Shown here one piece after another: positions 63,190-64,000 of a DNA stretch of 64,000 nucleotides. Every line of letters starts with the position of its first letter. Position 1 is the first letter of the stretch. The DNA comes from Phycisphaerales bacterium (lineage in GTDB: Bacteria; Planctomycetota; Phycisphaerae; Phycisphaerales; UBA1924). The notes under the pieces are model-generated. The model was given only the letters and a program-made list of their open reading frames with translations. It ran no database searches and was not told where the DNA came from. The translations under genes were made by a program, and so were the position numbers. The stretch lies in assembly GCA_040397805.1 (NCBI GenBank), contig JBBAVG010000011.1:2247-66246 (forward strand). The letters are read 5' to 3'.

Positions 63190-63450
63190 ATGTGCGCCGC
63201 CACCGCGAAGAAGCCAACCGCCAAGAACGCCGAGAAGTCCGGTTCGAACCCCAAGAACGTCGTCGTGTCGGCGGTGGCCGCCGTGGCGATCGTCGGCGCG
63301 GCGGTGATGCTGTACATGTATTATCGCCCGGCGCCGCCGCCCGAGCCCACCGCCGTCACCGAGACGACGGCCGAGGAGCAGCAGGAGTTCCAGCAGCAGC
63401 AGGAGCGGCGTCAGAAGTTCGAGAAGAAGCTCGCGCCGGCCGGCGCGTGA
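63190..63450 (+). CDS. small single-pass membrane protein, hypothetical
   Basis: GGGAG lies 8 nt upstream of the ATG. It has a Lys-rich N-terminus, a TM helix (VVVSAVAAVAIVGAAVMLYMYY), a Pro-rich stretch and a Gln/Glu-rich tail. Confidence 0.45.
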   Translation: MCAATAKKPTAKNAEKSGSNPKNVVVSAVAAVAIVGAAVMLYMYYRPAPPPEPTAVTETTAEEQQEFQQQQERRQKFEKKLAPAGA

Positions 63451-63487
63451 ATGCCGCGAGCGCCGACCTCGCTCGCCCCCTCGTCTC

Positions 63488-64000
63488 GTGATCAAGTACC
63501 TGGGCTCCAAGCGGGTGCTGCTTCCACGGCTGCTCGAGCTGGTGGGAGTCCCGTCGGGCTCGTGCACGGTGCTGGACCTCTTCTCCGGCACCTCGCGGGT
63601 GGGGCACGCGCTCAAGCGAGCGGGATGGCGGGTCGTCGCCAACGACCACAACGCCTATGCGCACGCCTTGGGCACCTGCTACGTGCAGGCCGACGCCTCG
63701 CGATGGCTCCGAGAGGCGACGATGCTCGTGGCGGAGTTCAACGCCCTGCCCGGCAGGCCGGGCTACTTCACGAGCACCTTCTGCGAGGAGGCGAGATTCT
63801 TCATGCCCCGCAACGGGGCGCGGGTCGACGCCGTCCGCGAGGCCATCGCCCGCAAGGGCCTGCCCCGCGAACTCGAGGCGATCATGCTCGTGTCGCTGAT
63901 GGAGGCGGCCGACCGCGTCGACTCGACCACGGGTCTGCAGATGGCGTACTTGAAGCAGTGGGCGCCCCGCGCCCGCAACGACCTGTCGCTCCGCGTGCCG
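63488..64000 (+). CDS. DNA adenine methyltransferase (D12/Dam class), 3-prime truncated by window edge
   Basis: My own translation from the GTG at about 63488 gives VIKYLGSKRVLLPRLLELV...VLDLFSGTSRVGHALKRAGWRVVANDHN. The frame stays open to base 64000. KYxGSKR plus FxGxG is the N-terminal signature of D12-class N6-adenine methylases. It is not in the supplied ORF track because no stop is reached. Confidence 0.7.
   Translation, partial: MIKYLGSKRVLLPRLLELVGVPSGSCTVLDLFSGTSRVGHALKRAGWRVVANDHNAYAHALGTCYVQADASRWLREATMLVAEFNALPGRPGYFTSTFCEEARFFMPRNGARVDAVREAIARKGLPRELEAIMLVSLMEAADRVDSTTGLQMAYLKQWAPRARNDLSLRVP

Overview
This is a very GC-rich chromosomal segment (third codon positions are almost all G/C). 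Its gene content looks like Planctomycetota, probably Phycisphaerae-like. That call is an inference from a DUF1800/DUF1501 pair, DUF1573, PEP-CTERM tails and GC-type dockerin-like tails. I support about 50 genes.

Housekeeping genes: glyQS, HMG-CoA lyase, pxpB-pxpC-pxpA, rpsR, holB, a solitary fliM, a DsbD-like reductase, fabI, thrS, asnB, gcvP-moaC-moaB, nadC, birA and divergent queD/queC.

Accessory content:
1. A translationally coupled MoxR-DUF58-membrane protein-VWA-VWA-helical protein operon (Bat-like). It ends in a 1291-aa membrane-anchored protein.
2. Two neighbourhoods (27.1-33.7 kb and 44.1-50.8 kb) in which five secreted proteins all end in the same 55-aa Cys-to-Cys twin-loop dockerin-like module. 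The five are an S8 protease, two paralogous PQQ-type beta-propellers and two unknowns. They are interleaved with two PEP-CTERM proteins. The propeller pair is a recent duplication with one localized hypervariable patch. It flanks an orphan HTH-like gene and an AT-rich intergenic island.
3. A tpsB-tpsA two-partner secretion locus. It encodes a 2193-aa exoprotein with a non-repeat helical C-terminus, followed by an orphan ABC permease.
4. A Dam-like DNA methyltransferase ORF that runs off the right edge and is absent from the ORF track.

I recognised no rRNA, tRNA, CRISPR, transposase or integrase. Many long ORFs in the track are antisense or read-through artefacts of the GC bias. Start codons were chosen by residue counting in the track and may be off by a few nucleotides or by one alternative start.
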